Positions 8,661 through 18,213 of a stretch of DNA of 40,860 nucleotides are shown here, one piece after another. Every line of letters starts with the position of its first letter. Position 1 is the stretch's first letter. The stretch is taken from IMG/VR virus record IMGVR_UViG_3300037566_000018, positions 1-40,860 of that record; one strand, given 5' to 3'. The notes under the pieces are model-generated. The model saw only the letters and a list, made by a program, of their open reading frames with translations. It was not told the origin of the DNA and ran no database searches. The position numbers and the translations under genes are program-made. This DNA is from a virus (lineage: Duplodnaviria; Caudoviricetes).

Positions 8661-8807
8661 CTTCTAAATAGCTCCATGCAGGACTCAGTTCGTTAAGATA
8701 AAGTTCTGCTTTAAGTTGTAAAATTTTATTTTCAGTAAAGATTGCTCCCCTACGGATAACCTTAAACCATTCAATTAATGCTTGATATTTGTCCACGATT
8801 ACTTCTC

Positions 8808-9026
8808 CTATACTATCTGGGTTGAATATAAAAGGCCAAATTTCCCAAAGTATCTCAAAGGGTTAATGCCCATATTCTGTACATGAAGCTCACCTTTTTT
8901 GTCTTCAAACACACCAACATTAACTTTAGTTTGTTTAGCTCTATCTAAAGCTGTATTAATAGCCTGATGATACTCTGAACGAGTAGCCCGGCTAGGGTTT
9001 TGAATAAAGATTGAATTTATTGTCAT
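8808..9026 (-). CDS. Hypothetical protein
   Basis: ORF with AGGAG RBS. Confidence 0.6.
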   Translation of the reverse strand: MTINSIFIQNPSRATRSEYHQAINTALDRAKQTKVNVGVFEDKKGELHVQNMGINPLRYFGKFGLLYSTQIV

Positions 9027-9170
9027 ATTAACTCCTATACATTATTTCACAGCCAATCATATCTCTATCTTGCCAAGACTCACATTCATTACTAAGTTGA
9101 ATAAGATTTTCTATTGACATATTTTCTAGAGATATAACACCTGCTTTAATTTTCTCTTTTAAATACTTCA

Positions 9171-9458
9171 TTAAACATAATCTCCTTGGTAAAAATGCTC
9201 TGCATAATCACCACGATAAAACTCATAAGATAATATAAACTCTTCTGAGTCGATATCCACTCGTTCCCCAATTTCATTAAAATAAAACTCAACGATATAG
9301 CCAATATCTTCAATAACTTCACCATTATCACGAGGGCAATCATCATTGATACAGCGTTCCATCCACCATTCATCAGCCCAAGTTTTAACTTCTTGTTTAG
9401 TATCAAACTCTAAATCATACCGTTCACTATCATGAATAAAGTCGAAGTATGTTTCCAT
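9171..9458 (-). CDS. Small highly acidic protein
   Basis: About 28 D/E versus 7 K/R in 95 aa; AGGAG RBS. Confidence 0.7.
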   Translation of the reverse strand: METYFDFIHDSERYDLEFDTKQEVKTWADEWWMERCINDDCPRDNGEVIEDIGYIVEFYFNEIGERVDIDSEEFILSYEFYRGDYAEHFYQGDYV

Positions 9459-9468
9459 TGTTTATCTC

Positions 9469-9534
9469 CTAAGTAAAAATAATAATTAAAATAAGGGCGA
9501 TTAATACACCCACAACAAAAGCATTAGGGTTCAT
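9469..9534 (-). CDS. 21-aa hydrophobic micro-peptide
   Basis: MNPNAFVVGVLIALILIIIFT* directly after the GATase stop. Confidence 0.4.
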   Translation of the reverse strand: MNPNAFVVGVLIALILIIIFT

Positions 9535-9535
9535 A

Positions 9536-10267
9536 CTAGCCTACTTTCCGACCAAGGTAACCCATAACACCTTTTTTGTCAAGGGAAAAAGCATATGTAT
9601 TACTCACTGGAATACCTGTAGTAGTCTCAGACCAATCACCAGCATCTAGAATTACATGCCCGCGATTATCATGAAAAGTATATTTATTAGTACCCCCAAT
9701 TTCCTTCATCATAAAAGCAAAACCTTCTGAGCGAATAAAGTCACTAGGATTTGACATGTTATCTAACATAGGGGTTAATAGCCTTTCTACGAGTAACTGA
9801 GTATCACTAGGGCCAGTATAATAACTACCCCCATAAGGTTTAAGAGTTTCTTTCTCCCAAAACTCGCGATAAGTCATACTATAGTTATCATCTTCTAAAT
9901 TTTCCATAGAGATAAAATCGTCTAGACTATCTTGTACGAACTCTCCTTCTGGATAACTAGTAACTCCATTGTGCATAAACCAGATATTGTGTCTTTCAGA
10001 CACGCAAAAAGGATGAGTAGTTTTGAGAGAAACTTCTCCTTGTGTGGCCATCCTCATATGAGCAACAATATCTATATTCAACCTTTGAAGAGAAGAGAAA
10101 GTATCCCAGAAACCATCAAAAGTTAATCCGGCTTTGACGCTCATATGTCCAGTGGATGGCTTATTGTAGGCTAAGCCCCAACCATCATTATTACGGCTCC
10201 AAACGTCTTTACACCATTCTCTATTTATAAGGTCCGCGTTCTTTTTCTTAATGAATATTAAGCACAT
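9536..10267 (-). CDS. Class II (Ntn) glutamine amidotransferase, copy B
   Basis: N-terminal MC nucleophile; N.DGWG, H.RMATQG, HPF, MHNG, SDT. Confidence 0.92.
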   Translation of the reverse strand: MCLIFIKKKNADLINREWCKDVWSRNNDGWGLAYNKPSTGHMSVKAGLTFDGFWDTFSSLQRLNIDIVAHMRMATQGEVSLKTTHPFCVSERHNIWFMHNGVTSYPEGEFVQDSLDDFISMENLEDDNYSMTYREFWEKETLKPYGGSYYTGPSDTQLLVERLLTPMLDNMSNPSDFIRSEGFAFMMKEIGGTNKYTFHDNRGHVILDAGDWSETTTGIPVSNTYAFSLDKKGVMGYLGRKVG

Positions 10268-12711
10268 TTAATTTTACCTTTCTTAATTTTTCTTTCTTTC
10301 CATTTACCAAAAATAAAACCGCCTGTATCAGATGATTTATTATTCTTTACTTTCAAGAACTTACACAGATTAGGGTATTTCTTCCCATTATTTATCAGCC
10401 ACTTCTTGAATACTGAGCCTCTAACAAGCTGTCTAATAGGTTCATCAACTCTTCCTGTTTCAGTATAATGACATAACGCATCTACAAATTCAAGATACTT
10501 CATGGTTAAATCATACGTACTCGAACCAGCGAATAATCTGAACTCAATAGTATTAGTAAGACCAGTATTAACGGCGGTATATTTACCATCGTTTCTAAAC
10601 TCATAATCAGTTAGTCTTTTCTTACGATTTTCTACTAATTTAGTTTTACCCTTTCTAAGTTTTCTTTTATTGAGTTTAATACGCGGGATAGCGGAGCTTG
10701 AGTCAGGGATATTAAACCCTTCAAAGGATGAGCCGCTCTCGAACTCTTGCCACTGTCCTGACGGACGCCCTGCTATATCACGTATAAATTTACCGTTGTT
10801 AGGATTATAGACGAAGCCGATAATTCTTCCTATCTGGTAATTGCTCAAACTTGAGCGAGATACATGGATATGGACTCCACACGTCTCTTTTGCTACAAAG
10901 TATGGCGATACCACTTCGTAAAACCTAGCAAGGTTCTTTTGTAATACCGAGAATGTTTGTGGGCACGAACGAAATTCTGTACCGCCTTCCCGCAATGAGC
11001 CATCAGTACCACTGACAAACCCAATCTTTTTAAGTTCTGGAATAACTTTTGAAAGCATAACGAAGGCATCAGTACTGCGATTTCTCCGCTCTAGTTCAAT
11101 TTCAACGCCATAATATCTTTCTCGTGGTTTAGCGTATTTCGTAATTTCCAGCTCTCCTTTATTATTTTCACGCATATAGCCATAGAATAGCTCCGGTCTA
11201 TTACCAAAAGGAATAGAACAGATACCCCCTTTATTGTTTCCGAGGCGTTCTTCATCGTCTTCAGCAAAGATATCTTGCGCCCTATTCATACAAGGGTCTG
11301 AATGGTCATACCAAACAGATTTAAAGTCAACTATTCTACCATCTTCATTTATAACAGGTTTATCGGCCTTAGCAAAATGATTACTGGCATAAATTGAAGA
11401 ATATTTCCGGCCCTGTTCATCATTAAACAAGGTAATAGGGCTGTCGCACCAATCATCAGAACCATTACAATATTCAAAATTCTTTTCTTTAAGATAGCCG
11501 TGTTGAATAGAACGAATACCTTTGTTACCAATGGATTTCGGTAACAATTCTAAGTCCAATTTGTGTTTATTTTGTTCAGTAATAAGAAGCTTACCGATAG
11601 CTAAACGTGGGTCATAGGTATAAACATAACTTTCTGCACAAGATAACCATGTAAGCGGTATGCTGTTGGCGTCAATAAATTCTTTGTTGACTTTCACTAA
11701 CTTTCCGTAAAAACGTATCTTTTTACAAAGTCCTGTATGTCCTGTTAACCAGCAAATTCCGATTTCTCTGTTTTCAGAACCTTCAATCTCATCTAAACCA
11801 GAATCAAAATTCCCCAAAGACTCTTGAAAGGTATTATCAAATTCCTTGAAAGGAGATAAGACTTTTAAACTACGTAAAGCCTTCCGGTCGGGGTAATAAT
11901 CCTCAAGCTCAGTTTTATTGTGAGGGGGAATATTGAGAATACGCAGATAATCATCTGATAACATATTCTTAATCGGTTCATAAGTAGAAGCACGATAGCC
12001 TTCTCTTAGGTGAACATTCTTATCAAAAATCATGTCAATTTCCTTATCCAATTTTTTTGTTTTTAAATATTTTTTAAGTTTTTGTAGTTTTGATGCATAT
12101 TCCTGCGCTAAAACTTCTACTTTATACTCTAACCTATTCCAAAAAGCTCTATGCCGTACATCACTATCACGTTTTTTAAACGAAGAAACAAGCCACGGAG
12201 ACTCTGTACTAAATTCCAATAGATGGTATCCCCGCATTGAAGATTTGATTTCATTTGAGTCTACCAATCTTGTACCATTAGAAAAGCTAAATCCAATATT
12301 ATAATGATTTTCAAATAGTTCCTGATAAGCTGAAAAAGGCATAAAACCTTTTAATTCTTCATCTAAAATTGTTGATAAGTCTTCTTGGTAAACTAGATGT
12401 AAACCAAATTGTGAGGCGATGGTACCCGGATTATAAAAACAAGATTTCATTCCGTAAGGGTACTCTACTGTCAACCTTAGTTTATGACAGTCTAAACCTA
12501 CTTCTGGTCTAGAGACGGAGTTTTGAGTTTCCATATCATAGACATAGACCATATCACCGTTTTCATCTAAGGCTATATGTCCTAGATTATAATCAGCATG
12601 TACCCATGTATAAGTTCGAATACCACAGTCAGGATTATTCCTACGGCGGAGTTCTTGCAATCTAAAATCACTATGTTTTCTTTCAAATTTATTTCTTGGT
12701 ATGGTTGTCAT
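10258..12711 (-). CDS. Putative amidoligase (COOH-NH2 ligase, glutamine-synthetase-like fold) with ~500-aa N-terminal extension, copy B
   Basis: YYGVEIELE, DGSL, EF.S.P, TCGVHIHVS, KY.AVN, TIEFRLF. Confidence 0.88.
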   Translation of the reverse strand: MTTIPRNKFERKHSDFRLQELRRRNNPDCGIRTYTWVHADYNLGHIALDENGDMVYVYDMETQNSVSRPEVGLDCHKLRLTVEYPYGMKSCFYNPGTIASQFGLHLVYQEDLSTILDEELKGFMPFSAYQELFENHYNIGFSFSNGTRLVDSNEIKSSMRGYHLLEFSTESPWLVSSFKKRDSDVRHRAFWNRLEYKVEVLAQEYASKLQKLKKYLKTKKLDKEIDMIFDKNVHLREGYRASTYEPIKNMLSDDYLRILNIPPHNKTELEDYYPDRKALRSLKVLSPFKEFDNTFQESLGNFDSGLDEIEGSENREIGICWLTGHTGLCKKIRFYGKLVKVNKEFIDANSIPLTWLSCAESYVYTYDPRLAIGKLLITEQNKHKLDLELLPKSIGNKGIRSIQHGYLKEKNFEYCNGSDDWCDSPITLFNDEQGRKYSSIYASNHFAKADKPVINEDGRIVDFKSVWYDHSDPCMNRAQDIFAEDDEERLGNNKGGICSIPFGNRPELFYGYMRENNKGELEITKYAKPRERYYGVEIELERRNRSTDAFVMLSKVIPELKKIGFVSGTDGSLREGGTEFRSCPQTFSVLQKNLARFYEVVSPYFVAKETCGVHIHVSRSSLSNYQIGRIIGFVYNPNNGKFIRDIAGRPSGQWQEFESGSSFEGFNIPDSSSAIPRIKLNKRKLRKGKTKLVENRKKRLTDYEFRNDGKYTAVNTGLTNTIEFRLFAGSSTYDLTMKYLEFVDALCHYTETGRVDEPIRQLVRGSVFKKWLINNGKKYPNLCKFLKVKNNKSSDTGGFIFGKWKERKIKKGKIKCA

Positions 12712-12722
12712 GTTCTACTCCT

Positions 12723-12899
12723 TTAACCGTTATCAGTTGTATTTAAAACTGATAAAGTTTGCATAATTAATTTCTTTGCTTCATCAATATCCATATTATC
12801 AGGGTCGTTAATTAAAGCTTTTGTCAGTTTATCTCTCGACATAATAAGTAATTTCTCTGCTAACTCTACGGAATCATTTGGAATAATACGCATTGTCAT
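12723..12899 (-). CDS. Small hypothetical protein (58 aa) between the two ligase/GATase pairs
   Basis: MTMRIIPNDSVELAEKLLIMSRDKL...TDNG*. Confidence 0.5.
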   Translation of the reverse strand: MTMRIIPNDSVELAEKLLIMSRDKLTKALINDPDNMDIDEAKKLIMQTLSVLNTTDNG

Positions 12900-12900
12900 A

Positions 12901-14037
12901 TTATGCTATCGCTTTCTTTTTCTCTTTTTGTTGTTTAAGCTCCGCCGCATTACGAGCTAAAGCGGCTTTAACAATATTGGCAGTAACTAGAATGTCATTA
13001 GGTTCAATAATATTACCGTCCTTATCTTTGATAAAAGAATGGTGAGGTATTTGGTCGTTCATAAAGAACATCCATTGACCGCCATAGAATTGCTGGATAC
13101 AAAATTCAATTTCTTCGGGAGTTAAATTCCAATAATCTTCGGCAATAATCTCGAAGTTATCACAAACATCCTGTAGAGAAGTTAGCCATTCTTCGTCCGG
13201 GTCAGTAAAATCATTTTCTTCATCGCCATAATCATACATATCTGCACCTTCATAATCATAAAAGGCACTTGTTAAACGTTCATCATCAGCTTCACCATAA
13301 CCAGATAATGTATCTCTATCATCATTATACTCAGGATAGAGAGGAACAACCCCGCGACTATCAACATTATTATTAAATTGATAAGTACTATGCCACGTAC
13401 CAGTACTATCGTAATAGCCACTACTACCTCTATAATTATAGGTGGACTTAGGTTTTCTATAGGCATTATCAACATCATAAGCGTAGGTATTACTTACCCA
13501 CACGTCAGTAGTTGTCTTGTACCAACCACCATAGAAGAGAGAACCCTCATGGTCAAATAGAACAAATCGGGAAGAGTTATCACCTGCTACACTTTCCATC
13601 ATAAACTCGAAATGTTTAGTACGAATAAATTCATGCGGATTCTTGATATGCTCTAACATAGGCTTCAATACATCTCGAATAAATAGACGAGTATCAGATA
13701 GCTTACCTTTTTTGGCCGCACCATCAATAGCGATAGTACCGTTGTGCATAAGATAAATAGGATTATCCCCGCCTAATACTTCATAGGGATGGGCGTTATG
13801 AATATTCTTTTTACCATGCGTAGCTAGCCGGAAATGAATAATACAATCTGCATTATATTGTTCAAAACGACTATACGCTCTGTAAAAATCTGCCATGTCC
13901 ATACCTTTGAGTACCTTGGCTTTACCTTCTCGGTTATGGTAGAGGATACCCCAACCATCAGGATTGTTTGCACGAACATCGTCGAGAAACTCAGTTGACA
14001 ATACCGTGTCTTCTTCTTTACGGATAATTAAACACAT
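12901..14037 (-). CDS. Class II (Ntn) glutamine amidotransferase with acidic C-terminal extension, copy A
   Basis: MC start; NPDGWG, HFRLATHG, HPY, MHNG, SDT. Confidence 0.92.
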   Translation of the reverse strand: MCLIIRKEEDTVLSTEFLDDVRANNPDGWGILYHNREGKAKVLKGMDMADFYRAYSRFEQYNADCIIHFRLATHGKKNIHNAHPYEVLGGDNPIYLMHNGTIAIDGAAKKGKLSDTRLFIRDVLKPMLEHIKNPHEFIRTKHFEFMMESVAGDNSSRFVLFDHEGSLFYGGWYKTTTDVWVSNTYAYDVDNAYRKPKSTYNYRGSSGYYDSTGTWHSTYQFNNNVDSRGVVPLYPEYNDDRDTLSGYGEADDERLTSAFYDYEGADMYDYGDEENDFTDPDEEWLTSLQDVCDNFEIIAEDYWNLTPEEIEFCIQQFYGGQWMFFMNDQIPHHSFIKDKDGNIIEPNDILVTANIVKAALARNAAELKQQKEKKKAIA

Positions 14038-14057
14038 ATTTTATTTTCTCCTTTTAA

Positions 14058-15572
14058 TTAAGCGGCTAGTGTTTTAGTTTTAGTTTCAGGTTTTGGTTTT
14101 TCTTTTAATAGTTCTTTCTCATAACAAAGTTTAAGAAGGTTAGGGAACCTTTTCCTACCTTGATTTTTTATGAAGGTTAAGAATTGCTGGAAGTCTCTAA
14201 CTTCTGCAAAGGTTTTACGTTCAGTCATACTTGTCCACTCGGTTAATGCTTTTACAAATTCAACACGCCCTAATACTCTATGTTGTCGCATAGAAGCGGC
14301 AAATAATCTGAACTCGATTGTTTCTCTTCGGCAGAAATTAAGAGCTTCATATTTCTCACCACCCCAAAAGTCTTTATCATACTCAATAATTCTATTACCG
14401 TTTGAGTCTAACAAAGGGTTACCGTCTTTATCATATTTAAGACTCTTCTCAACTTTACGGATACGAGCTAACTTTCCATAATCAATATCACGTTGACAAT
14501 AAGTATTTGGCCCACGTCCGGCTAACTTAGATATAAAGTCTCTATTATCAGGGTTGTAAATAAAATCTTGGATAAGACCTATTTGCATAAGAGTAAGTCC
14601 TGCTTTAGATAGATGGATATGAAGTCCGCATGTTCTATCTGCATGTACTGAACCGCGAACACGGTTAAGTAATTCAGGAACTCTTTCATGTACTAGTTCA
14701 TAACATAATGGTTTACTTTTAAACTCAACCCCACAGCTTAACGAACCGTCTTCAGAAGCGGCGAACTGTAAGTCATGCGCTATTTCTACAATGTCAGACG
14801 TTTCATCTTCGTCATTCATCTCATACTCTAGCTCAAGGCCAAAATAGAGTTGCTTAGGTAAGGGCTTACGAGATACTCCCTGTTTCTTAGTTTCAAAACC
14901 CCACTCGGCAGCAGGATTGAAGGAATAATCATCAAGTTCATCTGTATCATGATGGGGTGGTATATCCCACCATTCACCTTCTCGATGATGATAATAAAAA
15001 TTCCTATCGACATAATACCCTGAATACCATTTATCTGGCCCATTAACAAATCTATTCCCATCATTAAAGGCATTATCTGAATCGGAATAATATTCTTCAG
15101 TATCTTCTATATATACATAATTCGGGTGGGCCTCAACTGCATTTATAGCGGATTCTCCCGTATCTACAAACCGAATACAATCAGATTCTTCCGCCCATTC
15201 CTGTACGTCCACAGCAAATACAATTTCTCCATTAGATGTTTCTTCATCAAATTCTTCTTCAGTAAGTTCACGTCCACAATGAAGGACAATAAACTCTTCT
15301 TCATTACCTGTTTCCATATCTTTCCTCTTGGTTTTTGGTGGTGGTAGTGGTTTTGGTTTTTCCTCTTCAATAGGCTCAAAGCATTGTGGTGGAAATCTAA
15401 AAGCACCACATTCATAGATAAGGACTCCATATTCAGAAATTTCTTCTATAGTTACTGTTTTCCCCACAAATTGGTCCATGATGTTAACCCAGTCATTAAA
15501 AAACCCTACAGTATTGTTAAACTCTCGGCCTTCACGGAAAATACGGACTTTCATTCCTACTTTCAATGTCAT
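14058..15572 (-). CDS. Putative amidoligase (COOH-NH2 ligase), copy A
   Basis: YFGLELEYE, EDGSL, VEF.S.P, TCGLHIHLS, KY.ALN, TIEFRLF; N-terminal SH3/KOW-like KVGMKVRI segment. Confidence 0.9.
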   Translation of the reverse strand: MTLKVGMKVRIFREGREFNNTVGFFNDWVNIMDQFVGKTVTIEEISEYGVLIYECGAFRFPPQCFEPIEEEKPKPLPPPKTKRKDMETGNEEEFIVLHCGRELTEEEFDEETSNGEIVFAVDVQEWAEESDCIRFVDTGESAINAVEAHPNYVYIEDTEEYYSDSDNAFNDGNRFVNGPDKWYSGYYVDRNFYYHHREGEWWDIPPHHDTDELDDYSFNPAAEWGFETKKQGVSRKPLPKQLYFGLELEYEMNDEDETSDIVEIAHDLQFAASEDGSLSCGVEFKSKPLCYELVHERVPELLNRVRGSVHADRTCGLHIHLSKAGLTLMQIGLIQDFIYNPDNRDFISKLAGRGPNTYCQRDIDYGKLARIRKVEKSLKYDKDGNPLLDSNGNRIIEYDKDFWGGEKYEALNFCRRETIEFRLFAASMRQHRVLGRVEFVKALTEWTSMTERKTFAEVRDFQQFLTFIKNQGRKRFPNLLKLCYEKELLKEKPKPETKTKTLAA

Positions 15573-15581
15573 AGCTTTCTC

Positions 15582-15719
15582 CTAAATTAGATAGACAGTT
15601 ATAATGAACAACACAATACATGAAATTATCCCAAATACAACACTTTTTTTAAATACGCAATTTTCTTTCATATTTATCTTTGTTTGAGTAGCATTCTGTC
15701 TTTCATAAAAATCTTTCAT
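15582..15719 (-). CDS. 45-aa membrane peptide (not in ORF track)
   Basis: MKDFYERQ...KSVVFGIISCIVLFIITVYLI*. Confidence 0.45.
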   Translation of the reverse strand: MKDFYERQNATQTKINMKENCVFKKSVVFGIISCIVLFIITVYLI

Positions 15720-15832
15720 TCAAAGTACTCCAATACAGCAACAATTAATACTAGTCCTAATAAAATACCAGCAAAAATTAGAAAAGGTTCTGCTTTCCAG
15801 TCCATTTGACTTATTAAAATCCAGTTTAACAT
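15716..15832 (-). CDS. Small membrane peptide (not in ORF track)
   Basis: ...MDWKAEPFLIFAGILLGLVLIVAVLEYFE*; ATGA overlap with the next ORF. Confidence 0.45.
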   Translation of the reverse strand: MLNWILISQMDWKAEPFLIFAGILLGLVLIVAVLEYFE

Positions 15833-15839
15833 ATCGCTA

Positions 15840-16058
15840 TCATCTTTCTTGAATCAGGTTAAAGGGGTCAGCCTCACTTAACAATAACGTGAAGGAAACT
15901 AAATATATCAAAATAATGGGCAGGAAAAATACAAAAGTAGGTAAATCTTTTTCTACAATAAATCTAGCCCAAATAGATGTAATCTTAAAAAATCCTAATA
16001 TCCCAAAAATAATTAAAATAGTAATTACGAAATAGTAAAACATTATATAGTAAAGCAT
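15840..16058 (-). CDS. Two-TM membrane protein
   Basis: Two hydrophobic helices. Confidence 0.6.
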   Translation of the reverse strand: MLYYIMFYYFVITILIIFGILGFFKITSIWARFIVEKDLPTFVFFLPIILIYLVSFTLLLSEADPFNLIQER

Positions 16059-16078
16059 TATATTTTCCTTTTTTTACA

Positions 16079-16351
16079 TTAAATATAATCGTCATAGATA
16101 TCCATAAGGCCACTACGCCCATCAAATATAGAAGGAAAGGTTTCCATAACACCAAATTGAGGGAAGAACACCTGTGCAGTTATATGAGAACAGGCAGTGC
16201 GCCAATGCGTATTTCTACACATTATGGAAACTTTACATACGCGCTTAGTAAGTTGCTTTTTACGTACTCTTAACCATTCATTATGGGCGCGGTCGATTTT
16301 AGCTTCCGCCTGTACTAAGTCAGTAGGAAATTGAATTACTTTATTTTTCAT
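16079..16351 (-). CDS. Hypothetical protein
   Basis: NKVIQFP N-terminal motif; RBS. Confidence 0.6.
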   Translation of the reverse strand: MKNKVIQFPTDLVQAEAKIDRAHNEWLRVRKKQLTKRVCKVSIMCRNTHWRTACSHITAQVFFPQFGVMETFPSIFDGRSGLMDIYDDYI

Positions 16352-16366
16352 AATTTATTTCCTCTT

Positions 16367-16660
16367 TTAACGTGTACGGATTTCTTCTGATTCATAAGTA
16401 TCTCTATCTATTAAAATAATAGTTTCATGACCATAAATAATATAACAATTTAAATTATCACTAACACTAATTCCATGTGGTTCATAAATAGAAAAAGCTT
16501 TATTGGCTACTTTAAACACACCATAATCCCAAAAAGCTTTATTCGAATAATCATTTCGTAATTCTGATAGGTTTTTAACATCACTTTCAGACACAGGAAT
16601 ATTCTTTTCTACAATCCATTTATTTATTTCATCCCAATTCTCTAAAGTATTTGTTTCCAT
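16367..16660 (-). CDS. Hypothetical protein
   Basis: ORF with AGGAG RBS. Confidence 0.6.
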   Translation of the reverse strand: METNTLENWDEINKWIVEKNIPVSESDVKNLSELRNDYSNKAFWDYGVFKVANKAFSIYEPHGISVSDNLNCYIIYGHETIILIDRDTYESEEIRTR

Positions 16661-16673
16661 TTTAAATCTCCTA

Positions 16674-16853
16674 TTATTTTCGGTATTCTGTAAATTTAAT
16701 TGTATGGTCTTCTATCAACCGATGATGGTCTTGCAATAGATTCCATAATGCTTGTCTATCCACCTTTACAAACTTAGCGTTCTTACGTGACTCATTCACT
16801 GCATTATGTAAATGGTCATGCTGGTCAGGAGTACATTCGAGGGGCTTTGTCAT
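16674..16853 (-). CDS. Small hypothetical protein (59 aa, not in ORF track)
   Basis: MTKPLECTPDQHDHLHNAVNESRKNAKFVKVDRQALWNLLQDH...; GGGAG RBS. Confidence 0.55.
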   Translation of the reverse strand: MTKPLECTPDQHDHLHNAVNESRKNAKFVKVDRQALWNLLQDHHRLIEDHTIKFTEYRK

Positions 16854-16943
16854 ATACCAAATCTCCCTTTTAATTCACATATAATATCTGCTTCACACCC
16901 GTACATATAACCCACTAGTTTCCGTATCATCTTTCTTTTTTTG

Positions 16944-17318
16944 TTAAAAGTAATTAACTTCATATCGATTAAGTGCTTCTTGCCAATAGGTCGGCTCATC
17001 TTCATCATGGATTATCTGTAAGTCATTTAACATTAAACGTACTTCCTCAGAAAGAAAGTCAACACCTAATGATTTACATAACGCCTGTCTAAACTTTTCG
17101 ATATAAACGTTTGGTGACTTATAGTCATCTGCTAACTGGAAGATGCCTAAACCCTCAAATCCCAGGTCATAATATTCATCTTTAATCAAGGCACCAATCG
17201 CACATTTGTTACCATTAGGTGCCCGGTACAAACACATATCTTTACTCTCATCGTAAGCCTTTTCCTTTTGCTCGAGTAAATGGTCACGAACCTTTTCAAA
17301 TATCTGTCTGGTATTCAT
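16944..17318 (-). CDS. Conserved phage hypothetical protein
   Basis: QIF..V..HLL.Q, C.YR...G.KCAIG.LI.D..Y, LQ..HD motifs. Confidence 0.7.
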   Translation of the reverse strand: MNTRQIFEKVRDHLLEQKEKAYDESKDMCLYRAPNGNKCAIGALIKDEYYDLGFEGLGIFQLADDYKSPNVYIEKFRQALCKSLGVDFLSEEVRLMLNDLQIIHDEDEPTYWQEALNRYEVNYF

Positions 17319-17377
17319 ATTATTTATCCTTTTCTTCTCTAATAGTCTTTGCTTTCGCCTCTCCTAATGTCCTTACC

Positions 17378-17731
17378 CTATCTAAAAATCAGCAAATCAC
17401 GGCACACCGGAATACCATTGGCTTCAAATTTATCAACCAAATTCCATCCAATCTTTTCCACAGCCGCCCGTTTCTGTGATGATTCTATTTCATGACATTG
17501 CCAGTAAGTACCACAGTCCAGACAATCACCTAAAATTTGTTTTTCAAGGTCACTCAAAGCTTCTGTAACAACATAACCACGTTCCATTTGTGTTGAAACA
17601 TTATCTATGGCGCGGTCAAATTCATAATCAATTTCTGTCCAGCTATCACCACGGCCAATGCTTTCGAAAATACATTCCGGCACTTCAATTCTGTGCTGCA
17701 ATGCTAGTATTTCACCTTTTGTTAGTTTCAT
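17378..17731 (-). CDS. Acidic hypothetical protein
   Basis: ORF with RBS. Confidence 0.6.
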   Translation of the reverse strand: MKLTKGEILALQHRIEVPECIFESIGRGDSWTEIDYEFDRAIDNVSTQMERGYVVTEALSDLEKQILGDCLDCGTYWQCHEIESSQKRAAVEKIGWNLVDKFEANGIPVCRDLLIFR

Positions 17732-17736
17732 ATTGG

Positions 17737-18213
17737 TTATTTATCCTCTTCTTTCGTGATGTAATACTGGTTATCCGTTAAATCTCTTGTCCAATAGTCT
17801 TTTGCTTTTGCCTCTTCCTCCGATACTGGTGTGAGATAACCTAAGTCAATACTAGGTTTATCTTTACCATAGTAGACAAGGGAAGCGCGGCGTTTACCTT
17901 GCTGAAAGAAATCACCTGTACTCAAGTGTAGGATAGACTCTTGATTATCTATCACACCTAATCCAGCAATAGTTTCTAAGTCACGGCTGTTAATAATATA
18001 GGAGTTTTCAATAATCTGTTCGCCTGTACTTTCCATAACATAGCTACCTTGTAATGGTTTATATCTAATGCCATGGTTTTCCATAAGGCCAGTAGTATCC
18101 ATATAGTCAAGGTCGCTAGCAAAGATGATATATGTTTCGGCTGTACTGCCAGCCCAAACGCCGCTACCTACTGCTGGTCTATTATCTTGTTTGTTTGTCA
18201 TATTATTCTCCAT
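17737..18213 (-). CDS. Putative S-adenosylmethionine lyase (T3 SAMase-like)
   Basis: G.Y...E.S, QESIL, A.LVY, LG....V, WT.D align by eye with T3 SAMase (GCY..E, EQDCVL, AGLVY, G.F..V, FT.D); early-gene position. Confidence 0.65.
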   Translation of the reverse strand: MENNMTNKQDNRPAVGSGVWAGSTAETYIIFASDLDYMDTTGLMENHGIRYKPLQGSYVMESTGEQIIENSYIINSRDLETIAGLGVIDNQESILHLSTGDFFQQGKRRASLVYYGKDKPSIDLGYLTPVSEEEAKAKDYWTRDLTDNQYYITKEEDK

